A DNA stretch of 64,000 bases from a bacterium (GCA_963662285.2 CAXXMV010000002.1:1472001-1536000); one strand, 5' to 3'; counted from the stretch's first letter, positions 10,262-21,893 are shown. The notes: generated from the letters alone by a model not told the origin. A program made the numbers and translations.

Positions 10262-10485
10262 TTATACACCATGATTTTAATCACTTCATAAAGATATGAT
10301 TCATAACATGAACTGCTTGAATACTACCTTAAAAATCTTTAGAGTTTATTGTTATGTTCAGTCAACAAAGTATTGAATTGAAATTATAGTTTTATTCTAT
10401 CTTCTAAAAAGTAAAATATAACCCTAAAATAAATATTAATAAATACAAACATATACTTTATTAAATCAGGCTATTATCCTACATT

Positions 10486-12036
10486 TCATTTAGCAACCCA
10501 TGCGGGAATCTCGTTCAACTTCACATCCATTAAAAAATTCGTTAATAAATATGTTATCAGTGTAATCAACACTATAGCAATTAAATTCATATAAAAACCG
10601 GTTCGAGCCATTTGTTGTATAGATACTTTCCCCGATCCAAACACAACCGCATTCGGCGGAGTAGCGGCTGGCAGCATAAATGCCATCGATATTCCTATAC
10701 AGGTTGGCATCATCAATAGCAACGGATTTTGCCCCAACGCCATAGCAATGGCCCCCATAATAGGCATGAAAATTGTCGCAGTGGCGGTATTCGAGGTTAA
10801 TTCGGTTAAAAAAACCACTAACGTCACAGACAACAATACAATTAACACTGGTGGATAATCCGCCAGAAATTTCATCTGATTAGCGATCCATTCCGAAAGC
10901 CCCGATTCAGAAAAACCTCCCGCTAAACAGACTCCCCCACCGATTATCAATAATACATCCCAGGGTATCTTCAATGCTGATTTCATATCAAGCACAAATT
11001 CTCTTTTCCTGATATCAACCGGCAAGATGAACAAGGCTAAAGCGCAGCACATTGCAATCGTGGCGTCTGTATCGAGTTGAGGAAAAACATCAACAAGCCC
11101 CGGTAAGTAAAAATCTCCAATTTGAATTGGTTTGCGGAAAGTCCATCCCAATGCAGTGCAGCAAAAAACTGCTCCCACCAACCATTCTCCGTATGACAGT
11201 GAACCTAAATTCTTTCGTTCATCCTTTATCAGATTTTTCTTACCTAGGCCGATATTGTCGGGAAGTTTGAACTGAAAGCGCACCAGATACAACCATGCCA
11301 GTGGCAATAATACTACAACAATTGGCAAACCAATTTTAAGCCACTCAAAAAAACCAATCTCCCTGCCGTATAATTCACCGATCTGCGTTGCAAATACCGC
11401 ATTGGGCGGCGTTCCTACTAATGTCCCCACTCCTCCGATAGATGCTGCATAGGCTATGCTGAGCATCAGCGCAGGCGCAATCCGTTTACTGGCTTCTTCT
11501 CCAGCCGCATCTTGAATATTTGCCAATACTGCCATCGCTACAGGCAGCATCATCAGTGATGTTGCGGTATTTGATATCCACATGGATAAAAAGGCGGTTG
11601 CCAACATGAAACCAAAGATAATTCTTGACGGCGTTAGCCCCGACCAGTCAATCACCGCCAAACCGATGCGCTTATGCAGGTTCCAACGCTCCATCGCCGC
11701 TGCCAGCATGAAGCCGCCCATCAATAGAAAGTTTAAAGGATGCGCAAATCGCTGCACCGCCGCTTTGCCGCCCATAATGCCTAATAAGGGAAACATGACA
11801 AACGGGATCAAGGCGGTTGCGCCAACTGGAATAACTCCACTGATCCACCAAACCGACATCCAGGCCGCCACTCCCGCCACACGTTGCGCTTCCACCGTCA
11901 TTGATTCCGGCGCCGGGATTATCAATAATATGATGAATAACAGAGGCCCTCCCAGAAAAGGTAGGAAAAATAACATATTGGAATTATTCGCTTGGTCCTT
12001 TTTGTTCATATCACCCTCGCCAGGATCAATTATCAT
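10486..12036 (-). CDS. SLC13/DASS family Na+-coupled dicarboxylate/sulfate transporter
   Basis: SMWISNTAT, GTPPN, TELTSNTAT, ATPPNA motifs; many TMs. Confidence 0.92.
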   Translation of the reverse strand: MIIDPGEGDMNKKDQANNSNMLFFLPFLGGPLLFIILLIIPAPESMTVEAQRVAGVAAWMSVWWISGVIPVGATALIPFVMFPLLGIMGGKAAVQRFAHPLNFLLMGGFMLAAAMERWNLHKRIGLAVIDWSGLTPSRIIFGFMLATAFLSMWISNTATSLMMLPVAMAVLANIQDAAGEEASKRIAPALMLSIAYAASIGGVGTLVGTPPNAVFATQIGELYGREIGFFEWLKIGLPIVVVLLPLAWLYLVRFQFKLPDNIGLGKKNLIKDERKNLGSLSYGEWLVGAVFCCTALGWTFRKPIQIGDFYLPGLVDVFPQLDTDATIAMCCALALFILPVDIRKREFVLDMKSALKIPWDVLLIIGGGVCLAGGFSESGLSEWIANQMKFLADYPPVLIVLLSVTLVVFLTELTSNTATATIFMPIMGAIAMALGQNPLLLMMPTCIGISMAFMLPAATPPNAVVFGSGKVSIQQMARTGFYMNLIAIVLITLITYLLTNFLMDVKLNEIPAWVAK

Positions 12037-12208
12037 AATGAAGTCTGTTGATAATATAGTCCAAAGACATTAGAATTAAAATAACATGTATAAAGAACTT
12101 TGAGAACCAATATCCTATATCAGGCAAATAATGGCCTCAATGGAAAGTACTGTAAAAGTCGTATAATTTTATACATTTAAGCGTATATCTTTCAGTTTCA
12201 GGAGAAAA

Positions 12209-13243
12209 TTGTTAATGAAGCATCAAAGGTTTCTATATATATTTGTTCTTGTTCTATGTTCGACCGCATCATATTCCGACAAGGTGATCTTAAACGATGG
12301 CAGTATTATCATAGGTGACATCCTTAGCTTGACCGATGGCAAAGTAAAAATCAAAACCTCCTTCGCTGGAGATATCCAGTTCCCCATGTCCGAGGTTATC
12401 ACCATGGAGACGGATGAATCAAAGCCGGTTCATCTCAGCGATGGAAGCATAATTCAGGGAACCATTGAAGTCAAAGGAACGAACCAAATGGAAGTGGTTC
12501 GCAAAAAAGGCGAAACCGGATTCAAGATTGATCCCTCAGAAATCAAAGCCATTAATCCGCCTCCCCCGCCTCCACCGCCGCCGTCGAAAGTTAAATGGGA
12601 AGGCAGCGTTGTCGGCAACCTGGCAATTTCCAATGGCAATAGTGATACTAAAGCAATTGGTATATCGTCCGACATGAACCGCCGCACTACTGAAGATCGC
12701 ATCAATCTGCGCACCGGGTATTATTATTCAGAAAATAACGGAATCGGCAGCCGCGACGATCAGTTTGTTTTTGGCAAATACGATTACTTTTTTAACAAGA
12801 AATTGTTCGCTTATCTGACCTCACGCCTGGATCGTGACGTAATCCGCGATTTAGACATGCGGACAACCGCCGGCGCTGGCGCCGGTTATCAATTCATTGA
12901 AGATGAAATGTACAATCTTTTCGGCGAATTGGGTCTTTCCTATGTTTATGAAGATTATGGCAATGATGGGGATGACGATAGTTACATCGCCGAACGAACC
13001 GCTTTGCATTTTGATTGGTGGATACTAAAAGACCGCCTACAGTTTGTTGAAAACATCGAACTATTTCTCGGCATCGAAGATTTAGATGATTGGTTCGCCA
13101 TTTCCGAAAGCAGCTTAGTCTATAAATGGACCAAGCAATGGTCGGTCAACGCCTCACTCCGGTTGGAGTACGACAACACGCCGGCCAATAGCTACAAAAG
13201 CACCGACGCCAAATATACCCTAGGCGTAGGATACTCGTTCTAA
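12209..13243 (+). CDS. DUF481-like outer-membrane beta-barrel protein
   Basis: Signal peptide, DxVxLxDG repeats, poly-Pro linker, beta-strand-rich body, terminal GVGYSF. Confidence 0.8.
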   Translation: MLMKHQRFLYIFVLVLCSTASYSDKVILNDGSIIIGDILSLTDGKVKIKTSFAGDIQFPMSEVITMETDESKPVHLSDGSIIQGTIEVKGTNQMEVVRKKGETGFKIDPSEIKAINPPPPPPPPPSKVKWEGSVVGNLAISNGNSDTKAIGISSDMNRRTTEDRINLRTGYYYSENNGIGSRDDQFVFGKYDYFFNKKLFAYLTSRLDRDVIRDLDMRTTAGAGAGYQFIEDEMYNLFGELGLSYVYEDYGNDGDDDSYIAERTALHFDWWILKDRLQFVENIELFLGIEDLDDWFAISESSLVYKWTKQWSVNASLRLEYDNTPANSYKSTDAKYTLGVGYSF

Positions 13244-14324
13244 CCATCTTCCCAACTAAAAATAAATTCCCGCGTATATTAAAAATGTAGGGCGCGCCCC
13301 TCGTGGGCGCCCTGTTTGACGCAATACCTCAGATCCTTAAATGGACAATTTAATCAAGTTAACCGAGTTGTCCCCTCTCCCGCCGGGCTGATCTTTACCC
13401 ACAAGTTTTGACAGAATTAATTGCTATGAATAGATCAATACGGGTGCGGGTGCCAAGGGCAAGACCGCAATGCGGTCAGCCCTTGATCAAGCCACTAATG
13501 ATAAGGTGAGATTACTTAGGGCTTGCTGAAAAACGTTTTCAACGACCGAAGATTATAATCTTCGGTAGTGACTCAGGGCGGGTGCCAAGGGCAGTGTCCT
13601 TTCTGCCCTTGACGGCAACTATAGAGAAACTGAATAATTTCTATAATTATTTATCTTCTTTTATATAATTATTGACATATGGTTCCAACTACCACAACTT
13701 TAAATCTAATCATAATTCTCTTTATTCAGTGAAACCGTGATTAAATTATCGAAATATAAGGGGTAAACTCAATCAAGGGCAGAAAATACACTGCCCTTGG
13801 CGCCCGTGCAATACCTCTGATTCTTAAATGGACAATTTAATCAAGTTAACCGAGTTGTCCCCTCTCCCGCCGGGAGAGGGTTAGGGTGAGGGGGACATTC
13901 AAATAACTTAAGTAATAACATTACTGGGCGCCAAGGGACTGGGCGCCAAGGGCAAGACCGCAATGCGGTCAGCCCTTGATCAAACCACCCATTGTAGGGC
14001 GAAAATTACTTAACTTAATGACATTGCTGGGTGCCAAGGGCAGTGTCCTTTCTGCCCTTGACGGCAACTATAGAGAAACTGAATAATTTCTATAATTATT
14101 TATCTTTTTTTATATAATTATTGACATATGGTTCCAACTACCACAACTTTAAAGCTAATCATAATTCTCTTTATTCAGTGAAACCGTGATTAAATTATCG
14201 AAATATAAGGGGTAAACTCAATCAAGGGCAGAAAATACACTGCCCTTGGCGCCCGTGCAATACCTCTGATTCTTAAATGGACAATTTAATCAAGTTAACC
14301 GAGTTGTCCCCTCTCCCGCCGGGA

Positions 14325-15831
14325 TGTAAAGGCCTGGGACATGGGTAACAGGTGTTCGGGGACATAGGTAACACATTCCCTGAGTGTATTCTAGCCTTGA
14401 AAGGAGGCGAAGAATATGCCCTGGAACGAGGTGGACCTTATGTCTCTGAGAAAAGAATTCGTATTGTTGAGCCAGCAAGAAGAAAGCAACATCAGCCAAT
14501 TATGTAAACGGTTTGATATCAGCCGTAAGACGGGTTACAAATGGATCAAACGGTACAAAGAAGGAGGAGTCGAAAATCTCCAAGACCGTTCCAAAAAACC
14601 CAATACTTGCCCTCATCAAACAGATAAGTCTATCGAGCAAGCCATTACAGAAAATCGCGAAAAAGGATGGGGAGGACGCAAAATTCGCTCTCGTCTGATT
14701 CAATTGGGATACGAAAATGTTCCTAGCGCCAGCACTATTACTGCCGTGTTACGCCGACTGGGATTGCTGGATGAAAAGGAAAGTCACAAGCACAAAGCCT
14801 ATAAGCGTTTTGAAAAAGATACGCCCAACGAATTGTGGCAAATGGATTTCAAAGGAGATTTTCCCACGCTCAAAGCACGCTGTTATCCGCTCAGCATTCT
14901 GGATGATTGCACGCGCTTTGTTCCCGGATTATTTTCGTGCGCCAATCAGCAAAGGGAAACCGTGCAAGACTCCCTGGAAAGCGTGTTCAGGATGTATGGT
15001 ATGCCTCGGGCGATGTTGATGGATAACGGAAGTCCGTGGGGAGGATGCAAAACCTGCGAATACACCAGATTGACAATATGGCTGATACGATTGGGTATTC
15101 GCGTGTATCACGGTCGCCCCTACCATCCGCAAACCCAAGGCAAGGTCGAGCGATTTCACCGGACCTTTAAGCAAGAATTGCTGATAAGGGAATCGTTTGT
15201 GGATTTGGAATATTGCCAAAGGCGGTTTGATGAGTGGCGTTATGAATACAATTTTGAGCGTCCTCACGAAGCCCTGGATATGGATGTCCCGGCTAACCAT
15301 TATACGTCCAGTCCTTTTGTTTATCCGGGAAGTTTGCCGGATATCGAGTACGCGCCGGGCAGCATTATCAGGAAGGTGCAACAAGGAGGTCGGGTGGCGT
15401 ACCGTGGTGAAGATTACCGGGTGAGCCGCGCCCTGGTAGGATGCCCGGTTGCCTTGAAACCCGCTATGACCGATGGGATGATGGACGTATATTTTTGCCG
15501 ACAAAAAATCAAGACGCTCGATCTGCGTTTGAATGAAATCAAAGAAGATAACTTGGCAATCCAGAAAAAGGCGTCACAATAGAAATTGGTTGGGCGAAAC
15601 GGAAGCGGGCGCTGCAGGAGTGCAACCCGCCAGGGATAGCCGATCCGAGGTGCGAGGGATAATGCAGGAGGTGAAATATTCACCTCCTCCCTCTAAGCCA
15701 ACCAATTATCCTGAGCATCTCTAGATGCCTAAAAAAAAACTCAAACAATAACCTGGGATAAATCCCGGTTTTGATAAAAAACTGTAACCCATGTCCCCGA
15801 ACATGTGTTACCCATCTACCCGGTCTGTACA
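14325..15831 (+). mobile_element. IS481-family insertion sequence, copy 1 (1507 bp)
   Basis: TGT..ACA ends; subterminal GGGACATRGGTAACA repeats at both ends; 5-bp duplication CGGGA (14320-14324 / 15832-15836). Confidence 0.95.
14416..15582 (+). CDS. IS481-family transposase
   Basis: MPW..HTH (ISRKTGYKW); rve DDE core WQMDFKG, DNG, GKVERFH; AGGAGG RBS. Confidence 0.95.
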   Translation: MPWNEVDLMSLRKEFVLLSQQEESNISQLCKRFDISRKTGYKWIKRYKEGGVENLQDRSKKPNTCPHQTDKSIEQAITENREKGWGGRKIRSRLIQLGYENVPSASTITAVLRRLGLLDEKESHKHKAYKRFEKDTPNELWQMDFKGDFPTLKARCYPLSILDDCTRFVPGLFSCANQQRETVQDSLESVFRMYGMPRAMLMDNGSPWGGCKTCEYTRLTIWLIRLGIRVYHGRPYHPQTQGKVERFHRTFKQELLIRESFVDLEYCQRRFDEWRYEYNFERPHEALDMDVPANHYTSSPFVYPGSLPDIEYAPGSIIRKVQQGGRVAYRGEDYRVSRALVGCPVALKPAMTDGMMDVYFCRQKIKTLDLRLNEIKEDNLAIQKKASQ

Positions 15832-16492
15832 CGGGAGAGGGTTAGGGGGACATTCAAATAACTTAAGTTAATAACATTACTGGGCGCCAAGGGACTGGGT
15901 GCCAAGGGCAAGACCGCATTGCGGTCAGCCCTTGATCAAGCCACTAACGATAAGGTGAGATTACTTAACTTAATGATATTTCCTTCATGGGCGCGGGTGC
16001 CAAGGGCAGTGTCCTTTCTGCCCTTGACGGCAACTATAGAGAAACTGAATAATTTCTATAATTATTTATCTTTTTTTATATAATTATTGACATATGGTTC
16101 CAACTACCACAACTTTAAAGCTAATCATAATTCTCTTTATTCAGTGAAACCGTGATTAAATTATCGAAATATAAGGGGTAAACTCAATCAAGGGCAGAAA
16201 ATACACTGCCCTTGGCGCCCGTGCAATACCTCTGATTCTTAAATGGACAATTTAATCAAGTTAACCGAGTTGTCCCCTCTCCCGCCGGGAGAGGGTTAGG
16301 GTGAGGGGGACATTCAAATAACTTAAGTTAATAACATTAATAACATTACTGGGCGCCAAGGGCAAGACCGCAATGCGGTCAGCCCTTGATCAAGCCACTA
16401 ACGATAAGGCGAAAATTACTTAACTTAATGATATTTCCTTCATGGGCGCTCTGTTTGATGCAATCACCTTCGATTATCAAATCCCCATCGCA

Positions 16493-17164
16493 TCAATTAT
16501 TGCGCGGCGACGGTATCGCATCTAAAAGTTCTTCTTTTTTAATCCGTGGAGCAACCATCCCGCTGGAGATTATCATCTTCATGGCGTTTTCCACTGATAT
16601 ATCAACTGGAATAACTTCTCTTTCCGGAACAATCAGAAAAATACCCGATGTCGGATTGGGCGTTGTAGCGATGAAAAGATAAACCATGCCCTTCTCAACA
16701 AGAGGTTCAATCAAACCTTCATCACGAGCAGTAATAAACGCCAGTGAATACAAACCCATTCGTGGATATTCGATAAGTACCACTCTCTCGAATATTCCCT
16801 TGCGTCGGCCCATCAAAGTCTCGGTGACTTGTTTTAGACCATGATACAGGTTAGAGACGCCTGGAATCTGTAAAAATACATTATCCACCAGGCCTAAAAT
16901 CTTTCTGCCTAAGTAAAGCTGAGTCAGAAATCCAACAAAGATTATCAACGTCACCGTCAATAAAAAACCTACGCCAAACTCAGGCGCATTAAAATCAATT
17001 GATAAATGCTGTTTTAAAAAAGCATGAAACTCATATTTTTCAGCTAACAGACTATACCAGGAATCAAATAGGTTAAAAATACCCCATATAATCCATATAG
17101 TGACGCCAATTGGAACAACTACAAGTAATCCGGAAAAAAAATAATTCCTTAATCTTCGTAACAT
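16493..17164 (-). CDS. DUF502 membrane protein
   Basis: GLLVVVPIGVT, VLIEYPR, TTPNPTSG, AMKMIISSG. Confidence 0.9.
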   Translation of the reverse strand: MLRRLRNYFFSGLLVVVPIGVTIWIIWGIFNLFDSWYSLLAEKYEFHAFLKQHLSIDFNAPEFGVGFLLTVTLIIFVGFLTQLYLGRKILGLVDNVFLQIPGVSNLYHGLKQVTETLMGRRKGIFERVVLIEYPRMGLYSLAFITARDEGLIEPLVEKGMVYLFIATTPNPTSGIFLIVPEREVIPVDISVENAMKMIISSGMVAPRIKKEELLDAIPSPRNN

Positions 17165-17388
17165 AATCTTTAATTTACCATCCAGTCAGTTTTCTATGGA
17201 TCATGAGATGCATCTGCCGCAATTTCATCGATAATCCAAGAGTAATTTTTTAAATCCAGGAGCCCCGCCTATACCTATCTCAGGCAAAACTAATCCAAAT
17301 AGCATGATATACGTTTTCTTGAATCATCTAAGTTATTAGATATCAGATGCTTCATAAAAAAAAGACTTGAATGATTATCCCCGAATAA

Positions 17389-18747
17389 CTAAATATTATT
17401 ACTGGATATTTCTGTTGAGGATGAACTATCCGGGTTATTTTCATCCACCAAATGTTCAATGTGCACCCGATTAATCCGGCGTTCATCTGCTTCTAATACC
17501 GTAAATCTATATCCTTCAAATTCAACCGATTCTTTGGCTGTCGGGACATCTCCAAACAAACTGAACAGGAAACCTCCCAGTGTCTCAACATCATCTTCGT
17601 GAAAATTAACCTCTAGAATTTCAACCAACTCATTCAGGTTGATTTTGGCTTCAGCAATTATTGAACCATCCTTTTGACGTTCATAATCTGGAGATTCTTC
17701 ATCATATTCGTCCTGAATATCGCCTACAATCTCTTCTATCACATCTTCTATGGTTACCAGTCCGGCTGTCATGCCATATTCATCCACCACTATAGCCAGA
17801 TGGGTTTTCTCTTTTTTGAAGGTTTGTAAAAGATCAATTACTCTCTTGCTGCGAGGCACAAAAAGCGCGGGACGCAGCATACGCTTCAAGTCAAATTCCT
17901 CCCCGCCATTCTTCTCCATCAACAGGTCTTTGACATATAACATGCCAATTATCTTATCCGGCTCATCTTCGTAAACCGGTATGCGGGAATGTCCTTTACT
18001 CAAAGCTTCCTTGCGCACTTCCTCCAGAGTCAGGTTGCATGGAATAACCTGGAAATCCACCCGCGGCGTCAGAATTTCTTTTACCAGCGTATCGCCGAAA
18101 TCAATGATGCTGTGGATCATTTCCCGTTCCTCCTCCTCCAGGACGCCCTCTTTTTCACTCAACTCTATCAGAGAACGAACGTCATTTTCCGTCAACAGAG
18201 GAACATCTTTAATCTTGGGACCGCCCATCAACCGGATAAACAAATTAGATATAAAGACGAACATTCCAATCAATGGCCGCAAACATCGATACATCCAGTC
18301 CAAGGGGCCAATTACCAACTGCGAGATTCTCACCGCATGCTCTTTGCAATATGTTTTTGGTACAATCTCTCCAAAAACCAGCAACATAAAAGTGGTCACC
18401 GCCACTGCAACAGCCGAACCAAACGCATAAGCATTGGATATCTTAAACCATTGAATCAAAATCGTTTCACAGATATGCGCCGCCAGAACCGATGCCAGGG
18501 TATTGACGAAATTGTTACCGATTAAGAGCGTCGCTAAATACTGATTGGGTTTTTTTAACCATAATTCTAATTTGGCGTAACCTTCTTCATTCTCTCCGAA
18601 GAGACGTTTGATACGCAATTTGGTCATGGATGTTAATGCAGTTTCCGATCCAGAGAACATTGCCGATAAAAATAAGCATATCGCAAAGGCCAGCAACTGA
18701 AACATAAAGAATGAATCTGCTAAAGAACTATTGATTTCGGGTTCCAT
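17389..18747 (-). CDS. Hemolysin family / CNNM (DUF21-CBS-CorC) Mg2+ transport protein
   Basis: FSGSETA, GEIVPK, HSRIPVY, VVDEYG, EEIVGDIQDEYD. Confidence 0.93.
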   Translation of the reverse strand: MEPEINSSLADSFFMFQLLAFAICLFLSAMFSGSETALTSMTKLRIKRLFGENEEGYAKLELWLKKPNQYLATLLIGNNFVNTLASVLAAHICETILIQWFKISNAYAFGSAVAVAVTTFMLLVFGEIVPKTYCKEHAVRISQLVIGPLDWMYRCLRPLIGMFVFISNLFIRLMGGPKIKDVPLLTENDVRSLIELSEKEGVLEEEEREMIHSIIDFGDTLVKEILTPRVDFQVIPCNLTLEEVRKEALSKGHSRIPVYEDEPDKIIGMLYVKDLLMEKNGGEEFDLKRMLRPALFVPRSKRVIDLLQTFKKEKTHLAIVVDEYGMTAGLVTIEDVIEEIVGDIQDEYDEESPDYERQKDGSIIAEAKINLNELVEILEVNFHEDDVETLGGFLFSLFGDVPTAKESVEFEGYRFTVLEADERRINRVHIEHLVDENNPDSSSSTEISSNNI

Positions 18748-18766
18748 TATTTATTTTGACGCATTG

Positions 18767-19342
18767 TCATACGTCAGTCTTTTCTCCCTTCAAAGTAGGG
18801 TGATTCGTAGGAATAAGCCCCTTGGGTACTATTAAAGAGCCATTACGTTTAAGCTCATTTCTTAAAACTTTTTCTGTTTCATGCCACTCTTGGCTGCCTT
18901 CACCATCATGTTCATAGCCTAGTAAATGAATAAAACCATGGAAAAGCAGCTCATTGATCTCGTCAGTCAGGCTATGACCATAGGTCTCAGCTTGACTTTG
19001 GGCTGTATCTATTGATATCACTATATCACCCAAGGCATATATCTGCCCGACCGGGTCGCCTTCTCTCAAAGAAAATGACAGTACATCCGTCGGTTTATCG
19101 CACCCGCGATATTGTTGATTCAATTCCTGTATAGCATGATCGCTTATTAAAGAAATTGATAGTTCGGCTTCTTGTTCTCCCGCAGCCTGGAGAAGGGAAC
19201 CGATGAATCGCCGATGCGCTGGCAAATCAATCGCGTATTGGCTTTCTGAAACATCAAAATACACCTTTCCCGTTTCTATTTCAGGATCAGTTGATTCTCT
19301 TGTTTCAAGATCAGGTATTTCCTCAGAATTATACTTATTCAT
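18767..19342 (-). CDS. ybeY: rRNA maturation endoribonuclease YbeY
   Basis: TDVLSF, LGDIVIS, HGFIHLLGYEH; located in the phoH operon. Confidence 0.93.
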   Translation of the reverse strand: MNKYNSEEIPDLETRESTDPEIETGKVYFDVSESQYAIDLPAHRRFIGSLLQAAGEQEAELSISLISDHAIQELNQQYRGCDKPTDVLSFSLREGDPVGQIYALGDIVISIDTAQSQAETYGHSLTDEINELLFHGFIHLLGYEHDGEGSQEWHETEKVLRNELKRNGSLIVPKGLIPTNHPTLKGEKTDV

Positions 19343-19353
19343 TTTAAGGCGTA

Positions 19354-21885
19354 TTACCCCTCCTTAAAAGCAACAGGTTTCTTTTCTGGTTGATCCAGTT
19401 CTTCATTTACCTGATTAGTATCAATGCCCATTGTTTTTGAATTTGATTTATCTGTTTCATTTTTCTTGCCTTGCGGCGCGACCTTGTCTATCTCCTTGTC
19501 GCGTTGACTCGGCGCAGATGGATAGGCGATGCGTTGATGCTGCATTGAAATAATAGATTCAGAAAAAGACAGGAATAGTGTATGTAAATCCTTAAGCGTC
19601 AGGTTGCATTCATCGAACTGCTCATCCATAAATCTTTCGTTGATCATTTTGCGCACTAATTGCCGCACATCTCGTTCATTGCCGCTCTCCAGCATTCGAG
19701 AAGCGGCCTCCACCGCATCCGACAGCATGGCGATAGCGGTTTCCTTACTCTGCGGTTTGGGACCGGGATAGCGGAAATCTGATTCTTTTATGTTTTCAGA
19801 GCCTTCTTCTTCTAATGCCTTATGATAAAAATAATTCATCAACGTAGTGCCATGATGTTCAGGGATAAAATCAAGAATCACTTTAGGTAATTTATTCTTA
19901 ATCCCCAACTCTAACCCATGCTTGACATGACTGCGAATCAGGAAGCAACTCATATTAGTCGTCAATTTGGAATGCTTGGCTTTATCAGCGTTGGTCTGTT
20001 GGTTCTCGACAAAATACTGCGCCTTCATTATCTTTCCGATATCATGATAATAACAGCCCACCCGCGTCAGTAAGGCATTGGCGCCAATCGCTTCTGCGGC
20101 TGTTTCAGCAATAGTCGCCACCCGCATCGAATGCTGGTAAGAACCGGGCGCTTCTTGTTCCAGACGTTGCAGCAACTCATTTTTCTGACTCAACTCCAGC
20201 AGTTTCATATCGGTTACAACGCCATAGAAATCCTCGAATATGGGCAGTAAAGCCATCGAGAAAATTGAGATCAAACCGCCGTTTACGCCTCCCCAGATCA
20301 ATGACCATTTCAACTCTTCCGCTTGCAAAAGCAACTGTTCAAAATTCTTGAACTGATTTAAAGATAATGCCAAAATCAACACGCAGGCCAGAATCATGGC
20401 CAGACCCCCGGCTCGATACAAATCGCTGCGCTGGCGGATGCGCGCTACTGCATAAATTGATGCGCAAGAGGTTATAAAAACAACCAGTATATAGGGCAAC
20501 GCCAGTTGATGGTTCGCGCCGCTGAATATAATCCCCATATAAATTGAACACAATGCGCAGCAGAATAACGCCATACGCGACGTAATCAACAGGGTCAGAA
20601 TAACGCCTAACGCCCCTAGGGGAACCGCATACGCCACATGCGATAACTTATGGTTCCCTTGATCAAGCAGTGAGATATGCATGGCGATGCGCGACAGAGC
20701 GAAGATCAACAACACGCACAATAAGATTACCGCTGTCTTGCGTAAATCATGCGCCACCTCTGGTTGGTAGGCTTCCAAATACTTCAATATCATCAGCACA
20801 AACAACAGCGATAGTACCAAATATCCTATCTCGGCCAGGAAAGATATGCGCATCCGGCTTTGCAATTCATTTAGTTTTTGCAGATGATTGTCGGTCAGCA
20901 GTTCATTTTTTCCGATAATGGAATCTTCTTTATATACTTGAACGATAACCGGAGAGACTTCTTTACGTACCTCTTCTTTTTTCTTCTCGGTCTTAACTTT
21001 ATCGTATATCAGCGTTGGTCCTGAATAAGCGGTCTCCACTATGGCCAGGGCAAGTTGCCGCGCCGACTTGTCTTTTACCGGATCAGGGAAATCGATGCTC
21101 AACAGTTGATTGAAATACTCAAAGAAACGCATTGGCGTTCTAATCTCTTGAACCGGAGCGGCATACTCCATCCCATCTGACGATACTAAAGTTACCGGAA
21201 TTGCTATCAGTGAGACCGGTTTGCCATCATCACCGCGCAGATTCAACGGCGTCACATCTTCAGCTATGCCTCGACCCACTGATGCTTTGATATTTTTATC
21301 TATGGATTTCCATAGACTTTCATATTCGCGATAATAAATCAGACTTTCATAAATCGATTTTGGAATAGTTTGAGTCGAAGAATCATTCTCTGTGGTTTCC
21401 TGGCTGACATCCTCAAAAATAATATTATCCAACGGGAAATCCGCTTTTTGCAAAACGGACTGAACCCACTCTTCAGGATTTTCGCCCTCTTTTAGTGGAT
21501 TTTTGTGAACCGTATCGGTTAACTGGCTGATTTTCGCCTGCATCTTTTGCAGATTTTCCGGTTTCAATATGTATATAGGAGAAACCAGCGCTTCGGCTTT
21601 TTGCTGTTTTTGCTGAGTGGTTATCTTGTCAACGAATGTAAATTCAAACGGCGCCGTAACTCCCCTCGGCGAGAATTGCCCCACTGCAAAACCTCTTATG
21701 TCCAAAGCCGCCAGGGGACGAATCAAAAAATCGATGGCTGCTATTGAAATTATTATTAGAAGGTAATAGGCGAGATACGGTCGTAATGCTATAAGAGACT
21801 TATGCACCCGTCGCCATAGCGAAGAACTCTGATTATTAGAGGTATTACTGCGTTTTTTATCTGAACTGAGCGCTAAATTATTCAT
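19354..21885 (-). CDS. 7TM-HD family phosphohydrolase (PgpH/YqfF-like)
   Basis: Extracellular domain, 7TM region, APGSYQHS, YHDIGK, HHGT, YPGPKPQ. Confidence 0.92.
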   Translation of the reverse strand: MNNLALSSDKKRSNTSNNQSSSLWRRVHKSLIALRPYLAYYLLIIISIAAIDFLIRPLAALDIRGFAVGQFSPRGVTAPFEFTFVDKITTQQKQQKAEALVSPIYILKPENLQKMQAKISQLTDTVHKNPLKEGENPEEWVQSVLQKADFPLDNIIFEDVSQETTENDSSTQTIPKSIYESLIYYREYESLWKSIDKNIKASVGRGIAEDVTPLNLRGDDGKPVSLIAIPVTLVSSDGMEYAAPVQEIRTPMRFFEYFNQLLSIDFPDPVKDKSARQLALAIVETAYSGPTLIYDKVKTEKKKEEVRKEVSPVIVQVYKEDSIIGKNELLTDNHLQKLNELQSRMRISFLAEIGYLVLSLLFVLMILKYLEAYQPEVAHDLRKTAVILLCVLLIFALSRIAMHISLLDQGNHKLSHVAYAVPLGALGVILTLLITSRMALFCCALCSIYMGIIFSGANHQLALPYILVVFITSCASIYAVARIRQRSDLYRAGGLAMILACVLILALSLNQFKNFEQLLLQAEELKWSLIWGGVNGGLISIFSMALLPIFEDFYGVVTDMKLLELSQKNELLQRLEQEAPGSYQHSMRVATIAETAAEAIGANALLTRVGCYYHDIGKIMKAQYFVENQQTNADKAKHSKLTTNMSCFLIRSHVKHGLELGIKNKLPKVILDFIPEHHGTTLMNYFYHKALEEEGSENIKESDFRYPGPKPQSKETAIAMLSDAVEAASRMLESGNERDVRQLVRKMINERFMDEQFDECNLTLKDLHTLFLSFSESIISMQHQRIAYPSAPSQRDKEIDKVAPQGKKNETDKSNSKTMGIDTNQVNEELDQPEKKPVAFKEG

Positions 21886-21893
21886 CGTTTCTA

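Larger units (their letters stand above)
13287..16446. repeat. Tandem mosaic of about 450-bp REP-containing units, interrupted by IS481
   Basis: 226-bp inverted-REP doublets at 13580-13805, 14029-14254 and 15995-16220. Each is followed by the same linker, a CCCCTCTCCCGCCGGGAGAGGG palindrome and another REP hairpin. Confidence 0.9.

Noticed and set aside
13580-13805. Integron attC cassette array
   Set aside because: No RYYYAAC/GTTRRRY boxes bound the palindromes, there are no cassette ORFs, and there is no integrase
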